Assembly: GCA_000146045.2 (NCBI GenBank)
Contig: BK006949.2
Span: 384,001 to 448,000 of the forward strand
Source of the DNA: TPA_inf: Saccharomyces
Taxonomy: Eukaryota
Length of the DNA: 64,000 nucleotides
Direction: 5' to 3'
Part shown: positions 22,636 through 34,511 of the stretch, piece by piece
Position numbering within the stretch: position 1 is the first letter of the stretch
Layout of the letters: every line of letters begins with the position of its first letter
Position numbers and translations under genes: made by a program
Notes under the pieces: model-generated
Told to the model about the DNA's origin: nothing
Database searches by the model: none
Seen by the model: only the letters and a program-made list of their open reading frames with translations

Positions 22636-23539
22636 ATGGGTAAATCGTATGTCCATATAACTTCAAAATGAAAATATAGCAGTTGAAACATATCAATTAA
22701 ATCATTATACATCTCCAATAAACATGTATGCAAGAGGAAAGCGTAAATATCTTCGATTTCGACAATACTTTGCTACTGAACTAAAAATGAAAATGAAGTT
22801 GAATTCTCAAAGGAATGTGATGCAAGTTCGTTAATTAATATGGTTTTTAGTGGAATTATCATAGTTTGTGATAGATACACACGAGGAGTAGTGAGCAAAG
22901 CAAGTGCAACAGCAATGATATGTTAGCAGGAAATAATATTATAAATTGGATATTGTGTGTTTTTTTGATATATGTTTGTCGAAGCTAATACAGAATGATT
23001 ACTAACTGGAATTTAAAAGCACAATCATGCTCTTGGATGATTGATCTATTAAAAAATTATAAAACAGACATGGTTACAGATCTCGTACACGTTACATGTT
23101 CCAACGTGACTTCAGAAAGCATGGTGCCGTTCACATGTCCACCTACTTGAAGATCTACAAGGTTGGTGACATTGTCGACATCAAAGCCAATGGTTCTATC
23201 CAAAAGGGTATGCCACACAAGTTCTACCAAGGTAAGACCGGTGTCGTCTACAACGTTACCAAGTCTTCTGTTGGTGTTATCATCAACAAGATGGTCGGTA
23301 ACAGATACTTGGAAAAGAGATTGAACTTGAGAGTTGAACACATCAAGCACTCTAAATGTAGACAAGAATTTTTGGAAAGAGTTAAGGCCAATGCTGCTAA
23401 GCGTGCTGAAGCCAAGGCCCAAGGTGTTGCTGTCCAATTGAAGAGACAACCAGCTCAACCAAGAGAATCCCGTATTGTCTCTACTGAAGGTAACGTTCCT
23501 CAAACTTTAGCTCCAGTTCCATACGAAACCTTCATTTAA
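22636..23539 (+). CDS. RPL21B: Ribosomal protein L21 (160 aa), a two-exon gene. Exon 1 is 22636-22646 (ATGGGTAAATC). The intron is 22647-23067. Exon 2 is 23068-23539.
   Basis: The spliced product reads [26 protein letters not shown]...PVPYETFI. Consensus GTATGT 5' splice site at 22647, TACTAAC branch point at 22999-23005, 3' splice site AACAG at 23063-23067. Confidence 0.9.
22647..23067 (+). other. Spliceosomal intron of RPL21B (421 nt).
   Basis: GUAUGU, UACUAAC and CAG signals are all consensus. The 11-nt first exon supplies MGKS. Confidence 0.88.
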
Positions 23540-24009
23540 TCTACCTCGTTTGGTATATTTATCGAAGTTATCACATTCCTATATATTGTATCCTTTACAT
23601 AAGAATTGCGTATAGATAGATACTATAACAATTTACATGATATTATTTGATTAAGGTGCATATTACCATCTTCTCAGCAGGTATTCAAACATATCTGCCA
23701 ATGTATGACCTTGACATATGTGAAGAGATTACTGTGGAGAAGAATAGATGTAGCATTGTGCGCACTTATTAAATCTACTACTTAAAAAAATGTGTGAAGT
23801 ATAAAGTGAATCTAAGAATATTTGTAGTATTTAAAACATCAATGTCTGTACAAGAAGAGATATATAACCTGAGCATCCTTTTTCAGATAGTGCACTTCAT
23901 CGTTATCAAACTGAACTCATAAGGCGCCATTTTTTTAATTTTTTGCCTTTCCGTATTGTTTTTCTTTTCCTTTCCTTTTCTTTCATTCTTGTCGCAGTTA
24001 CTGTTGTGA

Positions 24010-24744
24010 TTACTTCAATTTAGAAAGCAATTGTTCAATTTCAGATATAGACTGTTGCAAAACTTTCTCTTGGAATTTTGGATTACCCAATTCTGACTGA
24101 ACTCTGGAGATGACAGATTTTGCTAGTTGCCTTTGTTCCAATTGACGCAAGGAAGCTTCATATCTAACCCACGAATCTAAGACTGCCTTTGCTTCGTGAG
24201 CTAATTCTACCTTTTGTTTCAATTCAAAGGCTTCGCTTTCAAGTTCAACAGTTTCCTTGGAAACATCAAACAAAACCTTTGTAGTTTCAGCAACATTTTG
24301 TAGTTGAGAGACAGAGTCGATTCTATCTTTAACAGCTTCGACATGCTTGTTTCTCGAGGCATTTAAAACGTCGGAGACTTTCTTCATTCTTGCATCGGCA
24401 AAATCTTTATATGCTGGCGCCAAATACTTTGCCACTAAACCAGTGAAACCCAAAAAAGTCAGCAATAAAATACTTTCATCGTTGATAACGTACAATTCAT
24501 TGGAAATGGCATAAATGACAGCGGCAGCAGAAGTCCCCAAAACCCCCGTCTTTGTCAAAATATTATTACCTGGAATGGCATTGATGATAGAGTTAGCCTT
24601 TGCTTTTGGATCTGTCTGTTTTTCTGGAGTGGAAGACATATAACGGGCTCCAATCACCATCGAAGGACAACGAACACCTTGGCTAAATAATGTTTTAGAA
24701 ACGGACCTTAACGCTAGGCCACGGACACCCATACTCATGCTCAT
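24010..24744 (-). CDS. ATP4: F1F0 ATP synthase peripheral-stalk subunit b (244 aa, mitochondrial presequence).
   Basis: 244-aa ORF beginning MSMSMGVRGLALRSVSKTLF, with an N-terminal targeting peptide, a membrane segment, and then a long coiled-coil. Length matches Atp4. Confidence 0.88.
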   Translation of the reverse strand: MSMSMGVRGLALRSVSKTLFSQGVRCPSMVIGARYMSSTPEKQTDPKAKANSIINAIPGNNILTKTGVLGTSAAAVIYAISNELYVINDESILLLTFLGFTGLVAKYLAPAYKDFADARMKKVSDVLNASRNKHVEAVKDRIDSVSQLQNVAETTKVLFDVSKETVELESEAFELKQKVELAHEAKAVLDSWVRYEASLRQLEQRQLAKSVISRVQSELGNPKFQEKVLQQSISEIEQLLSKLK

Positions 24745-25367
24745 TTTATCTCTTGCGCACTTAGGAGGTACTGAATTCTCGTCAGTCTTTTAATAAAATA
24801 TAACCCTTCCTAGCACAGTATAAACTTGTCAACATAAACTGCTAACTGCAATTATAATCCCTTGCTATTTTAATTACCCAAACCTGTGGTGAAGGTCCGA
24901 ATGAGCGGTGAAGAGAAAAAGCGTCGTGATTGGTTCAATATTGATGTCGATTACCCGGCCAATGAGGCTCGCTCGATGGGACACCTCTATGATAATAGTT
25001 GTCGCCACAGCCATTCTGAATTATATTTATCTTTTATCTACGTATGTGCCATTGTCACAGCACATTTCTAATTCTGTGTGAGGAACTAATTTAGCCATGG
25101 ACAGTTTCTCATGCGTGGAAGACCTGTTATGCTGTATAGTACTGCGCCGCGTTAAAAAATATTCATGCTTGTAGAGTAGAATATTCCTATCTTTACCGGA
25201 CCGTATTTCATCTGGGAGTTGCAGTTGCGTCACAACACAGTTTATGGCTATTTTATTTTGAAAATTAAGCATATATGACATAATTAGAGCACTCCTATGT
25301 GGGAATTCTTACACTTTTAATGTAGAATCTCTTGGTGATTGTTACTATCAGTTGTGTTTTGGCCCTA

Positions 25368-26090
25368 CTATTGTAATTCCCTTATAGTGTTCACCAGCTC
25401 TTGAATGTACTTTCCTTCTTCAGGATCAACGGTTGGTCCATTTGGATTTCTAATTGCGCTGCTACTATGCATGTTGTTGCTTGTAGCTTCATCTCCGACG
25501 GATTTTCCTGTTGGTGATGGCGTTCTAGTCATCATGGCAGCAGCGGTTGCGACCGCCACTTCACGACGTTGTTCCTCTTCTATTTTAGCATTGCGGTCCC
25601 TCAAGACTTGAAGTAGTTTACTATGTGCTTGCCTTAATTGCATCAGTTTGTTCTCGAACCCTGGAGGAAACTGATCATACAATTCTGTTGCCTGCGCCTG
25701 TCTTTTAACGTCATCTAGGGCATCTATTTCTCTCCACAAATAGTCTTGTCTGTCGATTATAGGCCGTACTTCCAGTCTGTTATGTGTCTGTAGCGGTATA
25801 TCTACGCTATTTCTCCGGAATTTGGCAACTCCGTTATAGCTAACACTATCGGTATCTATTGTGTCATTACCAACTGTGTTAGCACTTGAACGGTTATAAT
25901 AGTTATTGAATAGACTCCTTGTCGAAGGAATTTGGGAAGAATAAGATGGCCTAAATCCTGAATTTCTAATATAGGGATTTACATTTGGTATTGTCCTGGG
26001 AAGGTCATGGATGCTGTCCTCCCCATACCGTTCATCGTCTTCATTCGTGATTTGCCTTCGTACTGAGCTTTTTTTCTGGAGATCTTTCAT
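25368..26090 (-). CDS. YPL077C-like protein of unknown function. The ORF is open to 26141 (257 aa). A second in-frame ATG at 26090 gives 240 aa, which I think is the annotated length.
   Basis: Ser/Asn-rich ORF with no catalytic motifs. Position between ATP4 and GPI2 matches YPL077C. Confidence 0.6.
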   Translation of the reverse strand: MKDLQKKSSVRRQITNEDDERYGEDSIHDLPRTIPNVNPYIRNSGFRPSYSSQIPSTRSLFNNYYNRSSANTVGNDTIDTDSVSYNGVAKFRRNSVDIPLQTHNRLEVRPIIDRQDYLWREIDALDDVKRQAQATELYDQFPPGFENKLMQLRQAHSKLLQVLRDRNAKIEEEQRREVAVATAAAMMTRTPSPTGKSVGDEATSNNMHSSSAIRNPNGPTVDPEEGKYIQELVNTIRELQ

Positions 26091-26442
26091 GAAGATAGTG
26101 AATTGTAAATTTTTGGTTAGGTTTTTCAAAAACAATGTCAATTACATGTCAGCGAAGGCCAGGTAGTAGGTGTCCGTGGCTATTGATTATCTTGATATCC
26201 GAACTTGAGACCACTTCGCGGCTACTAAATTTATGAACTAAAAATGAAAATTTCAACTTTCCATTACCTCTTCGCTTTAAACCAATTTAAAGGTACAATC
26301 ACACTTTAAGTATTGTTGTTAGACGGTGGTGAATATAATCAGAGGCATCCAAACTTTCTGTTGCAGGTCCATTATCCTCTCAATTTTCGTATGACCTTAA
26401 AGAGACTTCATAGTTTATATTTGGTTATTTTCAATAGGTACA

Positions 26443-27285
26443 ATGACAAGATCTCCCTGGAAGCGCCTACTATGGTTGAAACAGGAGTACCCAGATAATT
26501 ATACAGATCCAAGTTTTATTGAGTTGAGAGCAAGACAAAAGGCTGAGAGTAACCAGAAGTCTGATAGAAAATTATCAGAAGCTGCTCGCGCTCAAATTAG
26601 GTTGGATTTTATAAGTTTCTACCAAACCATATTGAACACTTCTTTCATTTACATCACTTTTACATATATTTACTATTATGGCTTCGATCCTATTCCGCCA
26701 ACTATTTTCCTTTCATTTATAACATTGATTATATCAAGGACGAAAGTCGACCCTCTATTGTCCTCATTCATGGACGTAAAGTCTTCGCTGATTATCACAT
26801 TTGCAATGTTGACTCTCTCTCCAGTCCTCAAATCTCTTTCTAAAACAACTGCATCTGATTCCATATGGACATTGTCTTTTTGGCTGACCCTATGGTACAT
26901 TTTCGTTATTTCGTCAACAAAGTCCAAAGATAAACCCTCTAACCTTTCCACCAATATACTTGTCGCCCTTGTTGCTGTCCTATCATCGAGGCTTTCGACC
27001 ACAATCGACGTATTCTGTTTTCTTTTAATTTGTATTCAGTTGAATATCATTCTACCCACTTATTTATCGGTGACGAATAAGGTAGTACCAATAATTTCAA
27101 ATATTATTGTATACTCATTTTTGAATGTTGCTCTAGGTTGGATTTATATGCTGTTGATTTTCTTTGCTTCAGTATTTTATATTACTGTTTTACCTAAGTG
27201 GTTCATCTACTGGAAAATCAATTATCATAAACGGGATAACGATCTACTAAGTACATGGGATGCAAGAACACCAATATTGGATTAG
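26443..27285 (+). CDS. GPI2: GPI-GlcNAc transferase complex subunit (PIG-C homologue), a multi-pass membrane protein of 280 aa.
   Basis: 280-aa very hydrophobic ORF (several TM helices) starting MTRSPWKRLLWLKQEYPDNYTDPSFIE. Length matches Gpi2. Confidence 0.85.
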   Translation: MTRSPWKRLLWLKQEYPDNYTDPSFIELRARQKAESNQKSDRKLSEAARAQIRLDFISFYQTILNTSFIYITFTYIYYYGFDPIPPTIFLSFITLIISRTKVDPLLSSFMDVKSSLIITFAMLTLSPVLKSLSKTTASDSIWTLSFWLTLWYIFVISSTKSKDKPSNLSTNILVALVAVLSSRLSTTIDVFCFLLICIQLNIILPTYLSVTNKVVPIISNIIVYSFLNVALGWIYMLLIFFASVFYITVLPKWFIYWKINYHKRDNDLLSTWDARTPILD

Positions 27286-28253
27286 CGCAATCAAGAACAT
27301 GATTTCCTTCGGATAAGCAAGGGAGGGGTACGACTTCTGCCCGCAGGGGCTTATTGCCTGTCCTCTTCCTCGACCCCACGGTATTTCATTATATATAGAG
27401 TCACTGTAATAATAATTATCATGAAACCTGACAAGCAAAGGCGTCGGGCAATTACCAAAGGGCAGTTCGGTCGATTAAGTTTGCTTCACTACAGATTATT
27501 CACATATCATACGACAACTTTAAAATTGAACATTCAGGAGATTTTTGAATGCATTGATGGGCCCTTGCACCTTAACCGGGTCCCAATATTAGAGAAACGC
27601 CCCCTTAAACTGAACACAAGACAATACTACCTGGCCAATAGGGTACAATTTGCGGCCGTGTTAAACAGGCGTTTCAGCGTCTACCGCTCCTAATTTAAAG
27701 TCACTTGTTTCTTGGTAGCAGCAGCTTCCTGTTTTCTTCTTTTTGGCACTTGGTTATGTGATAATATCACCCGGATGAGAAACCTTTAAAATAAGCGTTT
27801 GGGAGGGGAAAAAGTGCAGTAACTGTCACAAATTTAACAAACAATTTGTTCACAAGTTTTGCCTTATCGTTCATCACATGTTATTTTTTTCAATCTAGCC
27901 AAAGTATCTAAAGAAGAATTTTCGTCTCTCTTGTGCCTTCTCATAATGTTCAATTAAGATGCAGACGGCTTTGACATGTCATTAATTTACTGAATTTCTG
28001 ACACTTCCCCACGATATTTATCATTTTTTACGTAATTAAGATTTAAACTCCGTACACCCGGCTTCCACAAATGTAGAATTTTCCGGAGCTTCGAACTTCT
28101 TGTTTCACGAATTAAAAGCATCCAACGTAGAACCACCCAACTCATCTTCCTAATGCTGAAGCTTCATCGGTAAACAAACCACAGTTAATAGCGAGAAAGT
28201 CGGCAAGTGACAAACGACGGTTATATTTAATTGGCCTTTGATATATATTGAAA

Positions 28254-31200
28254 ATGGTATGGTATGATCATAACACGCATTCTGAAAATGTTATCTGGGA
28301 GGTTTTCGATGGGTATGGAGTTTTCCTTGATTCTCACTTATTATCCCTTGTATTGTAATTGATCCTTCAGTAATATTTGCAGCCTTTCACAACTATCCTT
28401 TTTTTCATTGCTTATTACTATTGAACCTTTTTTAGGAGTTGCCTGCTTATGCAATATAATTTGCTGACAAGTAGTAAATTACCAGCACAATATTAAGATT
28501 AAAAAAGAAATTAGCCAAGAGCTTGATATATTATCTTATACACAAACCTTTCCGACCTACTTGATAAAGCCACATACCTCTACCTCTTCTATTAGAAATA
28601 GAAAAGTACAAAAATAGCAAAAGGAAATAATTTCTTTAAAATAACATTGTGTGAGGTTCCAACTATGGATTATTAATAGAGTAACGCAAACTTAAGGAAA
28701 GGAAGTGCTTTACAATTAAGTATTTATAAGAACGAATTTATCCCCCAAAAAAAAGCACCTATACTTAATAAAAGGAGGGGAATAGCTATCAATTGAGTGT
28801 TGTCTGCGTCTGTCTGCGTACAAGAGGATGAATTTTCTGACTCAGGCTATGTCAGAAACTTTTCAAGGGACAAATAACAGGATAAAACGTAATGTCAGGA
28901 CACAAAGTGTGCCATCAACTTCCTATAATAATGGCAAAGAATCATATGGACCAAATACTAACCAATTAAATGCCCTACTTTCTCAATTGGAACAGCAAAC
29001 AAGTGTTGATAGTACCAGCACGAGCTCAAACTTTTATTCCATTGCACAATATATTTTACAATCATACTTCAAGGTCAATGTAGATTCTCTAAACTCTCTG
29101 AAATTGGTGGATTTGATAGTGGACCAAACTTACCCTGATTCTTTGACGCTGCGAAAGCTGAATGAAGGAGCAACGGGACAACCATACGATTATTTCAATA
29201 CAGTTTCTCGTGATGCTGATATCTCCAAGTGTCCAATTTTTGCGTTGACCATATTTTTTGTTATACGATGGAGCCACCCAAACCCTCCAATTTCAATTGA
29301 GAATTTTACTACAGTACCGTTGCTAGATTCAAACTTTATTTCTCTAAATTCCAATCCTTTACTATATATTCAAAATCAAAACCCAAACAGCAATTCAAGT
29401 GTTAAAGTTTCAAGGTCACAAACGTTTGAACCTTCTAAAGAGTTGATCGATTTGGTATTTCCATGGCTGTCTTATTTGAAGCAGGATATGCTTCTTATTG
29501 ATAGGACGAATTACAAGCTTTATTCTCTCTGTGAACTATTTGAATTTATGGGCAGGGTTGCCATTCAGGATCTCCGATATCTGAGTCAACATCCCTTATT
29601 ACTACCCAATATCGTAACATTCATTTCAAAATTTATTCCTGAGTTATTCCAAAACGAAGAGTTTAAAGGAATCGGTTCAATTAAAAATTCAAACAATAAT
29701 GCCCTGAACAATGTTACAGGAATAGAAACCCAATTTTTAAATCCATCTACCGAGGAAGTGAGTCAAAAAGTTGATTCTTACTTTATGGAATTATCAAAAA
29801 AATTAACTACAGAAAATATCAGGTTAAGTCAAGAAATAACACAACTAAAAGCAGATATGAACTCCGTAGGCAATGTTTGTAACCAAATTTTGCTGTTGCA
29901 GAGACAATTGCTTTCAGGAAATCAGGCGATCGGATCAAAGTCCGAAAATATTGTGTCTTCCACAGGTGGGGGGATATTAATACTAGATAAAAATAGCATC
30001 AATTCGAACGTACTGAGTAATTTGGTTCAGTCGATAGATCCTAATCACTCCAAGCCCAACGGACAAGCCCAAACACATCAAAGGGGTCCGAAAGGACAAT
30101 CACATGCACAGGTTCAAAGTACTAATAGCCCTGCGCTAGCGCCAATTAACATGTTCCCGAGCTTAAGTAATTCTATACAGCCGATGCTTGGCACCTTGGC
30201 TCCGCAACCGCAAGATATAGTACAGAAGAGGAAGCTACCGTTACCAGGTTCAATAGCCTCTGCAGCAACAGGCAGTCCTTTTTCTCCATCACCCGTTGGT
30301 GAGTCTCCCTATAGCAAACGCTTTAAACTAGACGATAAACCAACTCCGTCTCAGACGGCTCTTGATTCCTTACTTACAAAATCCATTTCAAGCCCTAGAT
30401 TACCCCTTTCGACGTTGGCTAACACAGCTGTCACGGAATCTTTTCGCTCACCTCAGCAGTTTCAGCATTCTCCAGATTTTGTAGTTGGTGGTAGCTCAAG
30501 TTCAACAACGGAAAATAACTCTAAGAAGGTAAATGAAGATTCTCCATCATCTTCTTCAAAACTAGCTGAACGACCTCGTCTTCCAAACAACGACTCCACT
30601 ACTAGCATGCCTGAAAGTCCCACCGAGGTAGCTGGTGATGATGTTGATAGGGAGAAACCGCCAGAGTCAAGTAAGTCGGAGCCCAATGATAACAGCCCAG
30701 AATCGAAAGATCCTGAGAAAAATGGTAAAAACAGTAATCCGCTTGGTACGGATGCTGACAAACCAGTACCAATTTCTAATATTCATAATTCTACTGAGGC
30801 TGCAAATTCAAGTGGTACAGTGACAAAGACAGCTCCATCATTTCCGCAGAGTTCTTCTAAGTTTGAAATTATAAATAAAAAGGATACGAAGGCGGGGCCA
30901 AACGAGGCAATCAAATACAAGCTGTCCAGAGAAAATAAAACAATATGGGACCTATATGCGGAGTGGTATATTGGTCTGAACGGTAAATCTTCAATAAAAA
31001 AATTGATTGAAAATTATGGCTGGCGAAGGTGGAAGGTTAGCGAAGATTCACATTTTTTTCCTACTAGAAGAATTATTATGGATTATATTGAAACGGAATG
31101 TGATCGTGGCATAAAACTCGGCAGGTTTACTAATCCTCAACAACCGAGGGAGGATATACGGAAGATTTTAGTAGGGGACCTAGAAAAGTTCAGGATAAAT

Positions 31201-31362
31201 AACGGTCTGACTCTGAATTCTCTATCATTGTACTTTAGAAATTTAACGAAAAATAACAAGGAAATTTGTATTTTTGAAAACTTTAAAAATTGGAACGTTA
31301 GATCAATGACAGAAGAAGAGAAATTAAAGTATTGCAAAAGGCGACATAATACACCATCTTAA
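28254..31362 (+). CDS. GCR1: Glycolytic gene transcriptional activator Gcr1 (785 aa when spliced). Exon 1 is 28254-28261 (ATGGTATG). The intron is 28262-29012. Exon 2 is 29013-31362.
   Basis: Splicing gives [25 protein letters not shown]..., with the C-terminal DNA-binding region. The branch point TACTAAC is at 28956-28962, 50 nt before the TTGATAG 3' splice site. The 5' splice site is GTATGA, which is non-consensus. The six-frame track reports an 844-aa in-frame ORF from an intronic ATG at 28828. Confidence 0.85.
28262..29012 (+). other. GCR1 intron (751 nt). It contains an in-frame AUG at 28828.
   Basis: An 8-nt first exon, a GUAUGA 5' splice site, a UACUAAC branch point and a UAG 3' splice site. 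The frame of exon 2 is open through the 3' part of the intron back to the ATG at 28828. Confidence 0.8.
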
Positions 31363-31762
31363 GTTTATTGAGGTTGTCCGCGACAATAGTTCCTTCAACA
31401 AAATAACGAAGCGACGATAACGAGAAATGTCATTAGGTTATTACTACCTTTATAGAAAATATATATACTTATTTAATATTTATATAGATTTATGTGTGTA
31501 CATACCTATGCGGATGTATGCCTATGTGGGAATTCCTAAATGTCTTTCCATCAACGACTAAATATATATTCTCATGACTGACTATATGGGTTACGAAAAC
31601 TTAATTTTTTTGTCAAAGACCCTGGCGAATTGAGAAAACCCGCTGGATAGATGGGCTATCCGAAATTTTGAAAGATGGAAAAAACATTAATCTCATTAGC
31701 AAAAGAGGTAAGACCCTGGGTGAAGAAAAGTCCGAGGAGGGAACACAAAAAAGTCTAGGATA

Positions 31763-34027
31763 ATGGCACATGAAAAGTTTAGTATACCTGAGAACTTCAC
31801 ATTAGCGCAGTCTTTGCAATTGCTTTACTCTGTTGTCAAAAATCAATATAAAAACCTAGCAGACCTAATAATCAATAGCAAAGGTAATAAGGACACAGTA
31901 ACGTATGGGAAAATCCACAAAAACTTAGACACTTTACTGGTATACGTCAATGAAGGTCTACGAAAAATTGAAAAGACTTATACCTTAAAGAAAGGGTTAG
32001 GAAATCTTGTAGTTGATCATCCTGAATTGAGGAGCATCATTGAGGATTTCCAAATTCTTGGCCAGGATATAAGGATCGCACGTCGTAAAGCAGAAACGCT
32101 TATGGCCGAAGGAAACGGTAGTCCCTCTTTGTCATCCTCCTCTTCCGTTTTGGGCCTTGGGACAGGAAATGGTTTGCGTTTTCCAAAACTTTGGAGAATG
32201 GGTTCCAAAAGAGATAAATTGAAAGAAGCTGACGAAAAGGAGGCTAAAATCAACAAACAGGCTGATAATATCAGACGTGCTAGGAAATTAGAAGAAGAGA
32301 AAAAGTTAGGAGCAAAACTTCAGTATGAGAGGGACTTAGAACTTCAAAGGGAAAAATTGATCGAGTTAAAGGTTAAAGAAAAGGTCGAATTTGAAGTGGC
32401 CCAAAAGTTGGAGGAGGAGAGAGTTAAGAGAGAGGAAGAAGAACGCAAACATAGAGAACAAGCGGAGAAAAAACGTATATCAACCCTGAAACATGAGAGG
32501 AAAACAAATTACAAATCAAGGGCTAGCCTCGACAACTTCTCTTCCAGTAGCAAATCTTCTGGAAAGATTGACAACTCCCTAATTAAAAGAAGATCACTTG
32601 ACGTTGTACGGACTTCAGGCGAAAGAGTACGAACGCCAGTAAGAAAATCAATGGAGGCAGCAGAAATAGGTATGGCTGCGCAGTTAGCCTGGTCTCAGTA
32701 TCAAAACGGGGCAAATCATTCAAAAGTGAGTAACAACGGATCGCATTCAAATGAACTTCAGATACGTTATAAGCCAACACCACCTTTGAAAAAAAGGTAT
32801 GACTACAAAAAGCCAACAGTTAATCGACCGATTATAAAATCACCTACTCTTAACAGGCAAAACAGCAAGTCTTCACGGAATATACCCACAAATAGCAAGC
32901 TGAAGGCTAGTAAATCCAATACTAACAAAGTTTCTCGTAGGAATGAGCAAAATTTGGAGCCTAGTTCACCAGTACTCGTTTCAGCGACAGCGGTACCTGC
33001 TGAATCCAAACCCATGCGTTCTAAAAGTGGTACACCCGATAAGGAAAGCTCTGCTAGTTCATCCCTCGATTCCAGAAAGGAGGATATATTAAAATCAGTG
33101 CAGGGAGTAGATCGAAACGCTTGTGAACAGATACTTAATGAAATTCTTGTTACGGATGAAAAAGTTTATTGGGAGGATATCGCAGGCTTACGGAATGCGA
33201 AGAATTCTTTGAAAGAAGCAGTGGTTTACCCATTTCTGCGGCCTGACTTATTCAAAGGGCTAAGAGAACCTGTTAGAGGTATGCTTTTGTTCGGCCCACC
33301 AGGTACAGGTAAGACAATGATTGCTAAGGCGGTTGCGACAGAGTCCAATTCCACATTTTTTAGTGTAAGTGCATCTTCTTTGCTATCGAAATACCTCGGT
33401 GAATCTGAGAAGCTGGTTAGAGCATTGTTTTACATGGCCAAAAAATTGTCACCCTCAATTATTTTCATAGATGAGATTGACTCTATGTTAACAGCTCGCT
33501 CTGATAATGAAAATGAGTCCTCGAGGAGAATTAAAACAGAACTTCTTATTCAGTGGTCCTCCCTATCTAGTGCTACTGCACAATCGGAAGACCGAAATAA
33601 TACGCTTGACAGCAGAGTACTTGTCTTAGGAGCAACGAATTTGCCATGGGCGATTGATGATGCAGCAAGAAGACGATTTTCACGGAAACTATACATTCCT
33701 TTACCAGATTATGAAACTAGACTATATCATTTGAAGAGATTAATGGCCAAGCAGAAAAATAGCCTGCAAGATTTAGACTATGAATTAATAACAGAAATGA
33801 CCGAGGGGTTTTCTGGTTCTGATCTTACGTCATTAGCCAAAGAAGCGGCAATGGAACCTATTAGAGATTTAGGAGATAAGTTGATGTTTGCGGATTTTGA
33901 TAAAATCAGAGGAATTGAAATAAAAGATTTTCAGAATGCTCTGTTGACAATAAAAAAGAGCGTGTCGTCAGAATCTCTACAAAAATATGAGGAGTGGTCT
34001 AGTAAATTCGGTAGTAATGGTTCCTGA
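31763..34027 (+). CDS. YTA6: AAA+ ATPase of the katanin/Sap1 group (754 aa).
   Basis: 754-aa ORF. The C-terminal AAA module has Walker A (GPPGTGKT) and Walker B (IIFIDEIDS). The N-terminal half is coiled-coil and K/E/R-rich. Length matches Yta6. Confidence 0.88.
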
Positions 34028-34511
34028 ACGAGAGGGAGCGTCTTAATGGCAAAGAAAGGTATGAGAAGGAATTTTCCCCTTTCAACTTCTTGCTTCTGAT
34101 CTAATTTTATTACCTATGTACTTTCTATGTATTATCAAAGAAAAACTAACTTCGGTTCCCTTATGATTTGATATTTTTCTTTCTTATTTACAATTAGTTT
34201 TCTCAGAACGATATTCAATACAGTTCTCCGGATTTTTGCTTACTATATTGGCCCCAAAAAAATGAAATAAAAAAAGAAAACAAAATAATATACTTGGGTG
34301 AAATAAAAAAAATAAATCAATAGCACCCAGTTAACCTAGATTCAAAGTTTCTTCTTCAATCTCAATTTATATACACGTTTGAGTTAATGGGAAAGCAAAG
34401 TCCAGCTATAAAACACTTGACCGTTAGCGCCATACCCTCCAACAACTAATTGGACCTTCTCCTTCTGCCCAAACAGTATATGCAAGGTACAGCAGTTACT
34501 ACAAGCACAAT

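Noticed and set aside
23057-23503. 148-aa minus-strand ORF almost coextensive with RPL21B exon 2
   Set aside because: Mirror ORF of a highly expressed, codon-biased ribosomal protein gene. The sense strand encodes the conserved L21 protein.
28828-31362. Single-exon 844-aa ORF for GCR1 from the six-frame track
   Set aside because: Its N-terminal 185 nt lie inside a region bounded by canonical splice signals. Those are a GTATGA donor after an 8-nt exon, a TACTAAC branch point and a TAG acceptor. The spliced model gives the expected 785-aa protein. The long ORF is kept only as a possible retained-intron isoform.
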